A stretch of 64,000 nucleotides of DNA from Octopus sinensis. Its lineage: Eukaryota. The DNA lies in the NCBI RefSeq assembly GCF_006345805.1, contig NC_043000.1:88784001-88848000 (forward strand), read 5' to 3'. The notes beneath the pieces are model-generated. The model was not told the DNA's origin, did not search any database, and saw only the letters and a program-made list of their open reading frames with translations. Below, piece by piece: positions 1-14,457 of this stretch. How positions within the stretch are numbered: position 1 is the first letter of the stretch; the number at the start of each line of letters is the position of its first letter. The translations under genes and the position numbers were made by a program.

Positions 1-199
1 ATTTCTGAAGTCACGTCGTGGTTAGAGGACCAAGCTGGGGTCTTCTATAAAAACGGTCTTCAGAGCTGCATCAAACGATGGGAGAAATGCGTAACTCTGG
101 GTGGTTCCTATGTAGAAAAAGACTAATAACTGTGCCACGTTTCGTTGCTCTACTGCTATGGGAAGTGGGTCAGGGGCATTACTTATTGAACGCCCCTCG
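1..199 (+). mobile_element. 3' end of a mariner (Tc1/mariner) transposon, cut by the window edge
   Basis: Encodes ...NGLQSCIKRWEKCVTLGGSYVEKD* (mariner C-terminus). Ends in TIR TTACTTATTGAACGCCCCTCG followed by TA (200-201). Same family as 23701-24187 and 48355-48908. Confidence 0.9.
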
Positions 200-286
200 T
201 ATATCTCACTGGTTCACAAGAAAACAGAAATAGCAAAATTACACACTGTTTCTTTGTGTATGACTTAAAACTTTAGGCAAAGAATA

Positions 287-368
287 TACATACATACATA
301 CATACATACATACATACATACACACATACATACATACATACATACATGCATACATACACACATACATA
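287..368. repeat. (TACA)n microsatellite
   Basis: Directly visible tandem repeat. Confidence 0.95.
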
Positions 369-812
369 CGTACGCACGTACGTATATACATACAGAATAC
401 CCTGTTGTTGATACTGAAATTCCAATGAAGGAGCCTTGGATCTAGTTTAGAGATCGGTTGTTTCTCTATTGGCAAGAAAACCTGATATAAACAGAATAAT
501 GGCATGCCTATAAAGCAATGAAACTCTGTCGTTGTTAGATGAGTACCCAGTTGTTCGTTCAACTAAATATTCTGCTCGAAAAATTAACCTGTAAGTCACA
601 GTATATTCCACAGATGTGTATCGTTGACGTAATTCTAATGCAAAATCAGCGTGACGGAGAGGTATAATCTATTGGCCGGCCTTCTACGGAGATTCCAAGG
701 CTATGGAAATTATTTTCGGCTAAAGTGACATACAGTGAGTTGGAGAAGGGATCAAGTTGTTACAAAGGGAACATCGTCGACGTCCTACTAAACTACATCT
801 AAACATAAACAT

Positions 813-846
<34 letters not shown>

Positions 847-851
<5 letters not shown>

Positions 852-997
852 TGTATGTGTGTGTAAGTGCGTGTGAGTAAGGTTAGTTAAAAAGAACAAA
901 TTCAAAACATGGGTGTATCTATCTATGTGTGTGTGTGTTTGTGTATTCTAATTGGCTGGTCTCCCCGTCAATCAATTCAATGAATGAATTGATAAAA

Positions 998-1089
<92 letters not shown>

Positions 1090-1306
1090 GCAATAAAAAA
1101 CCGCATCTGAGAGGCTAAGCGTGAGTTAATTTTTGTTTAATTTTATCAATTCATTCATTGAACTGATTGACAGGGAGACCATCCAATTAGAATACACAAA
1201 CACATACACGCACACACACACACATAGATAGATATACCCATGTTTTGAATTTGTTCTTTTTACTAACCTTACTCACACGCACTTACACACACATACACAC
1301 ACACAT
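847..1306. repeat. Fold-back inverted repeat, arms about 847-1002 and 1138-1306, spacer containing (TA)n/(TG)n
   Basis: The left arm (GTAAGGTTAGTTAAAAAGAACAAATTCAAAACATGGG...GAATTGATAAAATTAA) is the near-perfect reverse complement of the right arm (TTAATTTTATCAATTC...CCCATGTTTTGAATTTGTTCTTTTTACTAACCTTAC). Confidence 0.9.
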
Positions 1307-2149
1307 ATATATATATATGAATACAATTACAACTATTTCTGCTATTACTGCTGCGGAAGATTAACTGGTTTAGGGGAGCAGTCTATATTGAATTAATGAT
1401 AAATAACAGAGAGAAGAAACGAGATACGTAGAAGCAAGCGGTTTCTATCGCCCAAAAGCTCTGTTTTGGAAACTGGTCTAAAGCACGTGAATTCACCAAT
1501 GCATGTATCGTCCCTGAATGTAGTATCAAAATCAGTTACTGAGGGAAGCTAATTATGTCCTAGCACGAAGGTAATATCTTTGCAGGACAGATTTAGTTGA
1601 AAATGAAATCCGAGTTACGATCCCATTTTATAATCTTATGCTATTTTCATACATAGTCATACCATTAAGAGGACATAATTTTCCTATGTTTCAACTATTA
1701 TGAAAAGTATTAGTTATGCAGATAGCGGATATTAATTTCTAACAAAAAAGTGAAATTAAGAAGTAATTTCTTACTCTACACTAATTGCCGTTTCCAAAGT
1801 ATATTAGGAAAAGTGTTAAAATTTACATGGGATAGGAAATGAGATTCTGATATATTCTGCTCATATCATGCTATGATTCTTAACTCGTTTAGATGTTAAA
1901 GCTTTGTGCTTTTGTTTCGTTTCTGTTTATGTTACATTTCAATTCTTACTCCGACAAAATATTGCAATTTAATAGGAAAGGGTTTCTGCGAAGTATTTTC
2001 ATTATACGTGAAAAGACAAAGCAAATCGGAAGTGGATAAAGAAAAAGATCACTCTGAAATGGCTGTGAAGCACATAATCCAAAGCTGAATTTAAAAGATA
2101 TTTTTTATCGATGCATAAGATCAAAGGTTTCTCAACTGAGATTATTATT

Positions 2150-2500
2150 TTGCTGAATATGTAGCGGCTGTGAAGAAACAAACAAACATATTGTTCCTGG
2201 CTGCCCAGTCTTATTCAAAAGAAATATGTATACAGAGACAACAGAATTGGAATTTTCATACAGTAGAGATTATGCCAATAATAAGATGATTGTACAAACC
2301 TTCATCACAAAAGGTGTCATATTATGGAAAATCGACGGCCATTTTCTTAAAGATAACATCTCCTGCAGACAGGGAGATTAATAATAAATGCCTTGAGAAT
2401 TATTAATGAACAAACAAGAGAGAGAGAGACAGTCTTAGAAATACATGTTGAAAACACCAAATACAACATAATGAATACAGTCAAACTGGCAACTAAGTAT
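2150..2500 (+). pseudogene. Highly degraded C-terminus of a restriction-endonuclease-type (R4/Dong-like) non-LTR element
   Basis: Fragmentary peptides CEETNKHIVPGCPVL, VILW and ADREINN resemble the CCHC knuckle and pre-PD-(D/E)xK region of R4/Dong elements. Multiple stops and frameshifts. Confidence 0.4.
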
Positions 2501-3229
2501 ATATAATGGATAATGTACTTTCATTACAACAGAATTACAGAAAGCTAAATCAAAAGAAAATAAACTTAGATGTAATGCTGTAAATTATTTTATGGCTGGA
2601 ATATGTAAAATACCATTAGCGATACAAGAGTTTCAAAAGTTTTTAAAGAAAATTTTCAGCACAGTGAAGAAGACAGCAATGAAATTTCATGCAGAGCAAA
2701 GAAAAGCGATGGTGTGAAATGTGTCAGGATCATGACAGACAAGTATAAGAAAATAAGTGTTAAACCGAGATGTCATGTTGGCATCGAAAATAATTGAGTA
2801 GATTCGTAATGAACAGTTTAGATAAAAAGAGGGTTACAGATGTATTATATAACTGTGTTTATGTGAATGTGTGCCTGTCAGTTGATGCATGTATATTTGT
2901 GGGTATCAATTTCAATTCGACTAAAATGATATTTCAAAAATACTAGATGTCCAAATTAAATCCAAAATCTGAAGCAGGTAACAACCTCCACAATGCAAAC
3001 AAAATGCTACCAACCAAGGCAGATCTAAAGGAACATACCAACAAGAAATCTTTTACAATGATCCACCTTGTTGGGGAAGGGCTGCTCATAAGTATCTACA
3101 AACATTGTTTAAATAGTTCAGGCTATTTCTTGAAAAACAGGGTTACACAACATAAAATTTTACATTTCTGATTTAAAGCACAAAATAGCACTTAGCCTGC
3201 TGATCCAAGCTGATTCATTTACCAGAACA

Positions 3230-3700
3230 AATGTTCAAAGATTCCTCAAGAGAATGTTCAGAAATAGCAAGGCACCAGGTTCAGATAATATACCAACCAT
3301 GAGCTGGAAGAATCGTCTCTTCCACAAACTCTGCTAGACCTCTGTATAACACTTTATAAAATGAATAAACCATCATCATTCTTAAAGTATTCAGTTTTTT
3401 CACTTTCAAAGAATGGTGAACATTAACTACCTCTGAACTACAAAGTAATTACTCTCTTACCTGTAACCTCCAAAATCTACCAGCCTCTCCACCTTAAGAT
3501 AATTTACTTTCATATTAATCCCATCCGATGACGAACCAAACTTACTTTAGCGAAGAAAGATGAAGATTCCCACAGGTCTTAGCCTTTAGAAGAATTAGAG
3601 AGGAGTCCTGTAAAATTATCAAATTCTGTTTATGTATTTCTTCAAAGGCCTTTGTTCAGTAGAACAGTAAGGCTAAAAAATTATATATCCTAAGATTACA
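3230..3700 (+). pseudogene. Old RTE/RTE-X-like reverse transcriptase remnant
   Basis: Peptides NSKAPGSDNIP (about 3264), LNYKVITL (about 3434) and LAFRRIREE (about 3579), then a KAF-like motif, occur in the order of LINE RT domains 0-3. Many indels. Confidence 0.55.
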
Positions 3701-4192
3701 AAGCCATCCCCATCACATTTCAAAGTGAACAAGGTTGGAATTCTTCAAATACGTGTAGAGCATATTCCCCGATATGAAACAGAAAACTGAATCCTGAAGA
3801 AGTCACTTCAAGATAACATTGATAGCCAGTACACCAGTATGTTAATGAAGTTTCACATAATTTCACGTGGGCGCAAGACGAAAGAAAAATTTATAGACAC
3901 ACGTCTCTGCAATTGTTAATTAGCACTAGACAAGTTTTTTGGTGAATATGTGCAACATAGCATCAACTCTGATAGATACAAGACTTTCAAACGTTACTGA
4001 AGAAATTTTAAATCACTGTGGAGAAGCAAACAGTGAAAGGCTATGGCACAGCATTGAAACATTGTGTCAGTGGCCTCAAGATTATGATAGCCGTAAATGA
4101 ACGAAAGGTTAAGATGGCATATCGGGTTAGTAAAAAAAATAATTGAGTAATTTAGTAGTAAACAGAATAGATACGAATAAGGATTTATTATT

Positions 4193-4201
4193 TTATCTAT
4201 C

Positions 4202-4275
<74 letters not shown>

Positions 4276-4302
4276 GCTATATATATATATAATATATATA
4301 TA

Positions 4303-4338
<36 letters not shown>
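4193..4338. repeat. Compound (ATCT)n-(CT)n-(TA)n microsatellite
   Basis: Directly visible. Confidence 0.95.
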
Positions 4339-4340
<2 letters not shown>

Positions 4341-6185
4341 GTGTGTGCGTGTAGCTGTCCTTGTGCCAAAATTGGAAAACAATACGATTCAACAATAGCT
4401 GTGTACCTTCACAGGTGAGTAGAATCGAGAGCACTGCCGGATCATCTTTCGTTTCCTTTTTATAGCCTTATGCTAACAACATAAACATTCAATAAATTTA
4501 CAGGACATAGAAAACCCACACCGCATTATCCAGAGTCTTTTGACATAGTTATTCATGCTCAACTAATACTCCAGACAATTAAAATGTACTTCAAATTTTC
4601 AATCATTGGTTACTCTGTTGGTATTTGCTTATCACAGCATAAAAAAAATAACAAGAATGATGAAAATTGCTTTTCAGTCTTGAAATAAAAGCTATTTCTC
4701 TAAACCCCAATTTATATTAGATATTTCATAGTTCAATCATGAATGACAAATAAGTAATACATTTGTTCTGATTCACTCCAAAACTTTTGATTAAACAATT
4801 CATATAGAATACCTCTTATATAAAAGTGATATATTAATGAATTTCATCTCCTTAATAGGAAATAAATTTCTTTTCAAACAATATAAATTACATTGTGTTC
4901 GTGATATTATTTTTCTGTTAATGTGGACTTTACTTTTCCTTTCTTGTCTTCGTTACTCAGTGCAATAAAATGACATTTTTATTAAAAACCCACTACATGT
5001 GTAGATGTAATATCAATTTGAAACAGAACTACGAGCTTCACTTCAATTTTGATGTTGTTTCGTAGCGTGTAAATATGTAAATTTATTCACTTTAGTTGTT
5101 CTCTCTTCTCCATAAAGGGGAATAGATTGGCTCCAATATTAAGTTATAAAAATAAACACAATTCTTTTATGAAATCATTTATTGAAAATATGTTTATTTT
5201 AAACAGAATCTATAATCAACTAAGCGCCACGTAGTCAAAAGTATTAGGAAACTCTTCTGTAGAGAAAAATTAACATTAAACATGATAGATATTTATACTT
5301 TTTTCATGTTAAACAAACTAATATATGATGTAGGATAGGCACTTTAGATCTCGTCTATAGGGAGTTTTCTACCATCTATATTTAGTTTATTTATTGTGAT
5401 AAGTATTTAATCATAATTTTCATTTAAATTCACAACCGCTTTAAAATCTCCAGAGAAGTATTGGTTAATATTCAAGTATAGATAAAATAATATTTGATAA
5501 TTTAGATAAATTAGATAAAACATGTAACTCATTGATCCAGAATTTTAATCTGTGGCATGTGTTTCTTTGAGTCGGTAGATAAATCAATAATGCTTGCATG
5601 TACCAGTATGTAGAATTTACAAGTAATATCAGGCGTTCAGAGAATTAATCTGCAATTAAATGATAAATTATATTTTATGAAAAATATATAATTAACGTAT
5701 GACATAAATTATTCTAGCCTTATGAGGTGATATGCATTCGAAAATGTATTTTATTTCTACCTAGGTCGCATACATTATAGCTTATATAATTCATGTTGAA
5801 TATAGTTTAGATAGGGGTAAGCGATGCTTGGATGTCTATCCTGATTACGCTGCACATCTACAAGAACTTTCTTCCAACAAAACCGTTAATGACAGTATCT
5901 CATACGAGAAAACATTATGATTTATGGATCTTTGGTAGATTAGACAAAAGTATGAAAATCGATTAATCGAATTTGTTCTTACTATTAATAGATACCAACT
6001 ACAATGGTGCTTGTAAACAGTTGGCCTAGAGATACTGCATTTGCTGGCCGGATGAAATCATCAATTTTGGAACGAGGTTCCTTAAGGATTTTTTGAAAAA
6101 TATTATGTTATAAACTTCTCCATATACATATATACATTGAAAAGAGTTTATTTCAGAATATATATAATGTTCAGAATAATAAAAT

Positions 6186-6316
6186 ATTCTTTTCTACTCT
6201 AAGCACAAGGTCCGAATTTTGGGGGGGGGTCCAGTCGATCAGTGCGACTCCAGTACGCAACTGGTACTTAATTTATCGATACCGAAGGATGAAAGGCAAA
6301 GTCCACCTCGGCGGAA
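6186..6316 (-). mobile_element. SINE family A, 3' fragment with alternative tail
   Basis: Shares the core ...CTGGTACTTAATTTATCGA...GGATGAAAGGCAAAGTC.ACCTCGGCGGAA with 20726-20955, but its tail reads ...CCCCCCCAAAATTCGGACCTTGTGCTTAGAGTAGAAAAG. Confidence 0.85.
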
Positions 6317-6904
6317 GAATAATGAAATATTATTAAAGTGATTCATGTGAAAGACGCATATCTATACTTTCAACTCTTGAAAGATACTCAAACCAAAAAT
6401 AATTTATACCAACATTAACATAGCTACAGACATTTAGTTGTTGTGTATCTAATATTAACATTAATATTCCAATGTAGATTTGCCTTTCAGAACTGGTGAA
6501 TATTTCAGATTTCGTTTGCAACGCCTTTGGTCAATGTTACCTCGTTTGAAAGAACGTTTCATCAACTCTGTGAACATTCTCACACATCTGAAATTGTAAC
6601 CCAGATATATGCACATGCAACATCATCAAATGATTAATTCAAAATCATTGAGGTAGATACGTTCTTACTTTATCCCTCAATTGTTTATTCTATTGTTTCT
6701 AGTTTCTGTTTTTAATTGCGAGCTACTTTTATTCATGGAACTTTATTGTATCATTGATATTACAGTGATAGTTCCTGGTTTAGAAACTCTTCGTAACAAT
6801 GCGGCTGTGGACTCGTTTACCTGCTGAAACATTTTGGGCAACAATTATCGACCTGTTTTGAGAATTACATTTCATTAAGAAATATTCTGCGTACTTGTCG
6901 TATA

Positions 6905-7116
6905 CGAGGGGGTCTGAAAAGTTCCTAGCCTTGAAATTATCGCAAAAGGCCTGGTTGGAGGCCCAAACGTCCGTGCTTCTTTGAGGGCTTAGAAAAACTC
7001 TGGGACTGCTACAATAAGAGTGTGAATCTGAGAGGGGAATATGTTAAATAAAATTCTAATTAACTGTTCCTCCTGCATGTTCTACTCAAAGCCAGGAACT
7101 TTCATCACCCACCTTG
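6905..7116 (+). mobile_element. Internally deleted mariner derivative (MITE), about 212 bp
   Basis: TA at 6903-6904. The 5' TIR CGAGGGGGTCTGAAAAGTTCCTAGC matches the reverse complement of the 3' end (CAAGGTGGGTGATGAAAGTTCCTGGC). The interior still encodes a mariner C-terminus, EGLEKLWDCYNKSVNLRGEYVK*. Confidence 0.85.
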
Positions 7117-8192
7117 TGTATGTATATGTGTGTAAGTGTATGTGTGGGTGAAACATTTACTGACTACCGTGAGTGACTACAATTTTCTTATTTCTTTTTC
7201 TTATTTCTATATTTTTGTTTTAATTTCACATAAATGAACGATTTCACAAAGAACGTCATTCCGTAAAACTCGTGAAAATTGATACAGTAGAATAAACACT
7301 TATGAGAAAAATGTGGTCCAATCGGGAAAAGGTTGACACCTTTTAATTTATTATAAAGGAAGCAGACAAAATGGTAATTTTTAATGTCAAATTTATGCAA
7401 ATTTGAGGAACTCATATTAAATGTATATGAATTTATTAAAGTTATTTGTGTTGGTAGTGAGACAATTATCAACAATATTTCAAATATCAAATACCGAGCT
7501 TGATCAATGTTTTATTGTTTTGTGTTTTGTATCTAGTTTGACCTTTATGGTTAAAATTTTAATGCCAAATAGATTGCAATTCGATATAAAATGCTGACTT
7601 GCACCGTTTTTGAAAATATTTTAACATTTCTGAAATTTGAAATCAATGTTATTAGAAAAAAATCACGTATATCAATTTAATTTATAGCTCAGTTTATTAT
7701 TTATAAGATGCAATTTTAATTATTTTCGCTTTAGCGGAGATAGAATATGAACATAGCTTGTATTCAAGAATTCTTTTCTTTTTTTGGTGGAAATACTCAA
7801 AATATCTTTGGGTTTCTCTACTGGAGTGGTGCTGTAGAGAAATCTATGTTTTCAGAAACTTTGCAAAACGTCATAAATTGGGGAAATAATAAGGATCTCT
7901 TCTACGGAAAATAGTAGAGGCATTTTAAGTAAATTAAGAGTTCTAGAGAGCGTAAATTATAGAGCTACACATTGTAGTTTAAAATATACATGTTATCCCT
8001 TTGCTATGCAGTCTTTTGAATCTATGCTATCATTATTTGTTTAACGTAAGTAATTAGTATCATCTTATCCAGAACACTGTTGACTTTAATTAGGATAGGG
8101 AGCCTAATGACACTGGGCAACTTTTCATGATCATGCAATAATGACTGAACGTCAAAATTTTGATTATGATAGTGGTTTGAAACATATTGTTG

Positions 8193-8490
8193 TTTTGTTT
8201 CTTCCTTCTCGAGCCATGCCTGTTTCCCTGTTTCCCTGTTTCCTTGGCGTATAGGTTCCCCACCTGGATGGGACGCCGGTCCGTCGCAAGTGAGCTTCAC
8301 AATGCAGGAGGAAAGAGTGAGAGAAAGTTGTGGCGAAGGAGTCAGCAGAAGTTCGCCATTACCTTCTGCCGGAGCCGCGTGGAGCTTAGGTGTTTCGCTC
8401 ATAAACTCACACATCGTCCCGTCTGCGATTCAACCCGCGATCCCTCGACCGCGAGTCCGTTGCTCTAACCACTAGGCCATGTGCCTCCAC
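8193..8490 (-). mobile_element. Full-length tRNA-derived SINE with 17-bp target-site duplication
   Basis: TSD TTTGAAACATATTGTTG at 8176-8192 and 8491-8507. The head has an A box (TGGCCTAGTGGTTAG) and a B-box-like GGGTTGAATCGC. The tail has (GAAACAGG)x3 and ...GGCTCGAGAAGGAAGAAACAAAA. Confidence 0.93.
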
Positions 8491-10263
8491 TTTGAAACAT
8501 ATTGTTGGCGACTCAGACATAAATATCAATAATTTTAAGGCTATAATTTGTATGTTGATATACCAATGTTAGATTATTTATGAACCTGGATCCTAATGAG
8601 GGCAATTGGAGGGTGTTGTTTAACATCATTTATTGCAGTTTTCGTTTTCAATAGGCTTACTTGAGAAATAAGTCCTTGTACAACATTTTAGTAATGTATT
8701 TATATCTAAAATGCATTTTTTTTCCTTTTCTCATATCATCTCCTCAATCGTTTCTGCTAGATCTGAGGAAGCTATATCGTTTTGTACACATTGGAACAGG
8801 GAAGTTTGTTGGTGAAGTTGTATAGAAATCATGAGTGCTTGGGAAGAAAGAGTTTCCGTGTAATAATAACCCAAATCTCTGTCGCTAGTGAGAATTTTAA
8901 TTTTAATTTTCAGTGGAGGAAAGGTAGAAAAAGGTAGAAAAGTCATAGAGGTATCGACGTGAATCTACGACGAAGGAAAAAATCAAAAGTTGTGACAAAT
9001 AAAAAATAAACTTTAAATGATTATATTAAAAATTTTAAGGATTTAGTGCCCATATTAAAAGATATAATTTTTCTAATTGATATCGAAATAAAATAATTAT
9101 TTATTTATTCCAACATAAAATATTTATTCCAATATCATCATTTGATGGAATTCAGCATTAGAGATTAATCATTACTAAATCTATTATATGAGAAAATATT
9201 AATTTATCTTTAAATCACTTTAAAATTAATTATTTGCATTAGAAGATTGATGGACCAAAAATAAACTATAAATATTTTTTTTAAATGTGAAAATGATACA
9301 AAAGTTGGTTTCTGGGTCTGGCAGTATATTTATATATCTCATATAACCGTTGGCTGTTCTTCTGCTCGATTTTCTTTATTTTATCTTTTCTGATCATTTG
9401 ATTCATTATTATGCCTGGATACGCCAAGGGCCGGCATTCGAAGGTACTATAGGACAACGTTGAAAATATCCCCAAGCTAGCATTCTGATTCTGGGTTTCA
9501 AGATAAATTAAACTAATAAAGGCATTTTTAAAAGATTTTAATTCTAATTTCAGCCTCAATATTTTAAAATTAACTAATGAAATAAGTGTATCTTGATTGC
9601 CGACCAACGAATATATAATATATCTGTGTGTGAGAGAGATCATTTACGAGAGTGTTTATGTACATATGTATACGTGAGTACATAAACATACAAATGCACG
9701 CGCACTATGTGTTTCACTGTGTGTTTGTGTTTGGGTGATTTTGTGTGTGTGTGTGTGAGTGTGTGCCTAATTATCAGTTACTTCTCTTTCCACCCGTTAG
9801 AGTTTGTTTTTCCGTTTCCCTAGGAAGTCGATAAAATACATACAGCGCAAAACACTGAGATAAATATAATCAAATAAGAACCTTGAAGCTACTGTATCAG
9901 ATTGACTGAGTCTGATTATCAACGCCAGTAAAACAATAAAATAAGAACAGAATGCTCATAGTTAAAGTGCCAATCTGTTTTCTATTAACAGTTGACACAA
10001 ATTCAATTGCGCATGAAAGGCATGAACGACACACAATTTTAAATCCTCTTTCCTTCTGATTACACAGTGTAAGTAAGAATACAATGAAAATGGTTTTAGA
10101 ATACAATATTATTTCTCAAAACTATACCTATTTGCGTTATACAAGAGTCCGGCAAAAGTTTATAGATGAATATACGATAATCTAAAGAAAAGTCATAAAG
10201 ATTTCAAGTAAAATAGAATGCAAAAAGAAAACAGTAATTAGACTTCACTGACATACCTTGCAT

Positions 10264-10318
10264 CTTTTCTTTTACTTGTTTCAGTCATTGAACTGCGGTC
10301 ATGTCGGAGTACCACCTG
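10264..10318 (-). mobile_element. SINE family B, 3' tail fragment
   Basis: The reverse complement reads ...ATGACCGCAGTTCAATGACTGAAACAAGTAAAAGA, matching the 3' end of 24195-24610. Confidence 0.8.
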
Positions 10319-10559
10319 AAACTACCATTTCCAGGAATATAATTGTACACTATCGAAAGTTCGCCGTTTGAATGTGCATTTCCAATTACGTGTGCATGGT
10401 CACGCTCGATTTTTAAATCAAATCTAAGTGTCACGAATGTTTATTCGAAATAGTATTGGACAAGAAGACGTCTCTTCATCTGTAGATTTCGTCACTTCAA
10501 CCACTGAAATACTTTCACACTCGCAGCTGAGCGATCTCCTTCATTAGAAATTATATAAT

Positions 10560-11200
10560 TTTTTTTTATTTTTAACTCTCTTAATTCAAGAAATCTAGTT
10601 TGAAACTATTGTGCTATGGCCTTAAGAATGTCTATGAACTTTTGTGCATCCTTCAAAAACCTTGCAGCTGGTTCCTTGAAAATATTGCTTCACCTTTTCG
10701 AATTAATTGGAACTTTTACGTTCTAAACCATGTTGAAATAAGTTGATTTTATTCGCGAAACCCTTCATGAAACCAAGTATCACGTCAACAGATTTCCAAA
10801 AGCATTGCAGTTTAATACGAAGTTCATTCAGATAATGCAATGAATCATGAAAAGCAAATTTACCGAGTCAAACAAAATCATTTAGCTGAGAACAATCATG
10901 CTGCAAGTCTCTAATATCTAAAAATAGATTTCCATTTAGCATTCAAAAGTTCGTTATGGTCAGCAAACGCCACCATGTTAAACCATTGTAGATAGATAAA
11001 TCACTATAAGTTGATTCAATTTCGTTTATAAGTAAATTAAATTCCCTTTTATAGAAAGCCCTAGTAGCTATCAAACTGACATTCTCCATCATAAAAGCCA
11101 CTTCATAGAAATCCTTATTGCCTACTTTTACGCACAGAATATCTTGGTGTGCGATACAACAGGAGACAAAAACAATATGAAACCATTTGATCTCAACATA
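10560..11200 (-). pseudogene. Fossil hAT transposase (Buster/Charlie/SPIN, GTF2IRD2-like)
   Basis: The minus strand gives CIAHQDILC (11158-11132; cf. CIIHQEALC), TRAFYKREFNLLINEIESTYSDL (11065-10997), LHYLNELRIK, MKGFANKINLFQ and FQTRFLELR in the expected order. Many stops and frameshifts. Confidence 0.7.
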
Positions 11201-12066
11201 TTTTGACTACATCAGTTGTAAACAAAAACACTTTTTGGTAAATCTGTTATTTATGAAACATCTTAACACAGTGTCTAATGACTGTTTCCGGTGCGTTCTA
11301 AGTCAAACTGAATCAATTTCTCACGAATAAAATCTCCCTGAAACTGCATTGCAATATAGCTAATCAAGCAGATCACGTAATATTAAAATTCCTATCGAAA
11401 TGAATAGAATAAAAAAAATGTAAGTATCTAAGTATCTTCCGAACTTAATTTTCTTATTGTTAGCATTTTGCATTTACATAGCTGTGGTTTATTACTGACT
11501 CATTCGCACACTTCATAATAGTGCTCTATAGAATTCAACGAATACATACAATGCACGGTTAACAAAATCTTCGTTAATAAACTTACCGGCATTTAGTGAT
11601 ATTTTGAGATCAATGGCTTATGATGTCCTATCACTGCTAACGAATAAGTTGTAAAGCCTGCAAGAATCCAATTAGTTCTACTCACAACTAGCTCTTTACA
11701 TAATATAGAAAGACCTTTATAATTACGCTATAATATTCAGTCCACTAATTTCGGATACTCCATCCACTTAATTTTGTGGCAATTTTTACTGAGAGTTTGT
11801 ACGATTGCATCTGGTTTCAGAAAACAAGAACGAAATTATTGAAAATAATGCTAAAATTATGTATTTGTCATGTTAATTTGCGTGGGTAGTTAATGAGGAG
11901 CTGCTAATTTGCTAATTTGTAAGAGACATTTCATTTATGGGTTGTAACGTAAAGAGCTGTATCATTAAACATCATTAGAAAATGCAATTCGTTTAGAGTA
12001 ATAAGTTCAATTTTCAAAATTCTTTGTGAAGCTTAGTGAAATTTAGTAGTATGATATTATTTTTTG

Positions 12067-12797
<731 letters not shown>

Positions 12798-13330
12798 CAC
12801 ATGCGGATGCACACACTTATGTACAAACACACATACATGCTGACATACACACACTCACCCATCTCGGACAGATCTCGAAACATAGGTTCCAACGAAATGG
12901 AAGTAGAGAGACGAGGCACTGAAGAGTTCGCAAAAATTCAATGAAATGATTATTTGACAAAAAAAGGAAATGGCAACACTAACAATACTGAACTTTTGGA
13001 CGATTAACTCTTTGACCAAGATGTGTTTAACATATGAGTTTGAAAAACTAATACAAAACGGCACATAGATGAATTGGTTAACGGAGTAACTAACCATTTA
13101 ACTAACAATAACAAAAACACGTGCATGTGCTTATTATTGCCCCCATTAGGCCCCTTCCAAGGTTCAATAGCATTTCTTTCAACACACGAATTCACATCAA
13201 GAATGTTGCAAACCAAATACAAAATATATATATATATATATATATATGCATACATAACAAATTGAAGTTGTAAGGTAGCGCACGAGTGGAATTATATATG
13301 AATTATATATTTTCAAACCTTCTTTCATAA

Positions 13331-13372
<42 letters not shown>

Positions 13373-13439
13373 TGTGTGTGTGTGTATGTGTGTATATATG
13401 TATATATATATATATATATCTATCTATATATGTATATAT

Positions 13440-13483
<44 letters not shown>

Positions 13484-13511
13484 GACATTCATATATATAT
13501 ATATATATATA

Positions 13512-13554
<43 letters not shown>

Positions 13555-14148
13555 CATATACAATTGCAGCGTGGAAGGTATTTGTAAGCCATTTAAGAAA
13601 CACACAAAAGCAGTTCGATTCACTTCAACATTTAAGTTTCATTTGTCAAAATATTTTCGTCGCTATAAGACCGCGACCTGTTCACTGACAAAAATCCGTG
13701 CTGCAGCAATTGTCTTCGTTCCAGCACACGATCTCATATAAAATCACTTGCTATGCAAGTACATTTCCGTAATATATACATATATATATACATATATGTA
13801 TGTATATATTCACATGTATATATATATACATATGTATGTATACATATATATGTATATATGTATGTGTAGATATACATACATATATATATATATTTGTTTA
13901 TACATATTTATATATATACATATATATGTATATTTATATATATACATATATATGTATATGTATATATGCCCTTCTGCTTCTACTTCTCTCTCTTCTCTTC
14001 CCACGTGACCGTTCGGCCAAGCCTACTCCTTTTGTTGTCCCTTTTGTATCGCCTAGATGTCCAGATGTTTTGCGTTCTTGACCCATTTTGTATTATATAT
14101 ATATATACGTATATATATATATATATATAATATATTATATATATATAT

Positions 14149-14225
<77 letters not shown>

Positions 14226-14230
14226 ATAAT

Positions 14231-14330
14231 TAGTGAATGGAAGAAATGGAGTTGAACGAAGATTGTACAGAATTCCTTTTATTACATTCTACACATGTTT
14301 CAAAGGCCACAATTTTCCAAATTCTGATTA
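14231..14330 (-). mobile_element. Probable Penelope-like terminal-repeat fragment between (TA)n tracts
   Basis: Homologous to the arms at 34387-34724 (AATGGAGTTGAACGAAGATT...TTCCTTTTATT...CACATGTTTC). The minus strand keeps GAAAC-ATGT-GTA but no CTGANGA. Confidence 0.6.
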
Positions 14331-14396
14331 AATAAGGATACCAGGTATCGGTTAAACTTTTGAATAATCCGTAACAAGAAAATTCATCTTCCATTT

Positions 14397-14437
<41 letters not shown>

Positions 14438-14457
14438 ATATATATATATATACATAT

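Noticed and set aside
8187-8475. Overlapping ORFs and a tRNA-like sequence
   Set aside because: All lie inside a TSD-flanked SINE. The tRNA-like heads here and elsewhere lack a complete acceptor stem, so they are not called tRNA genes.
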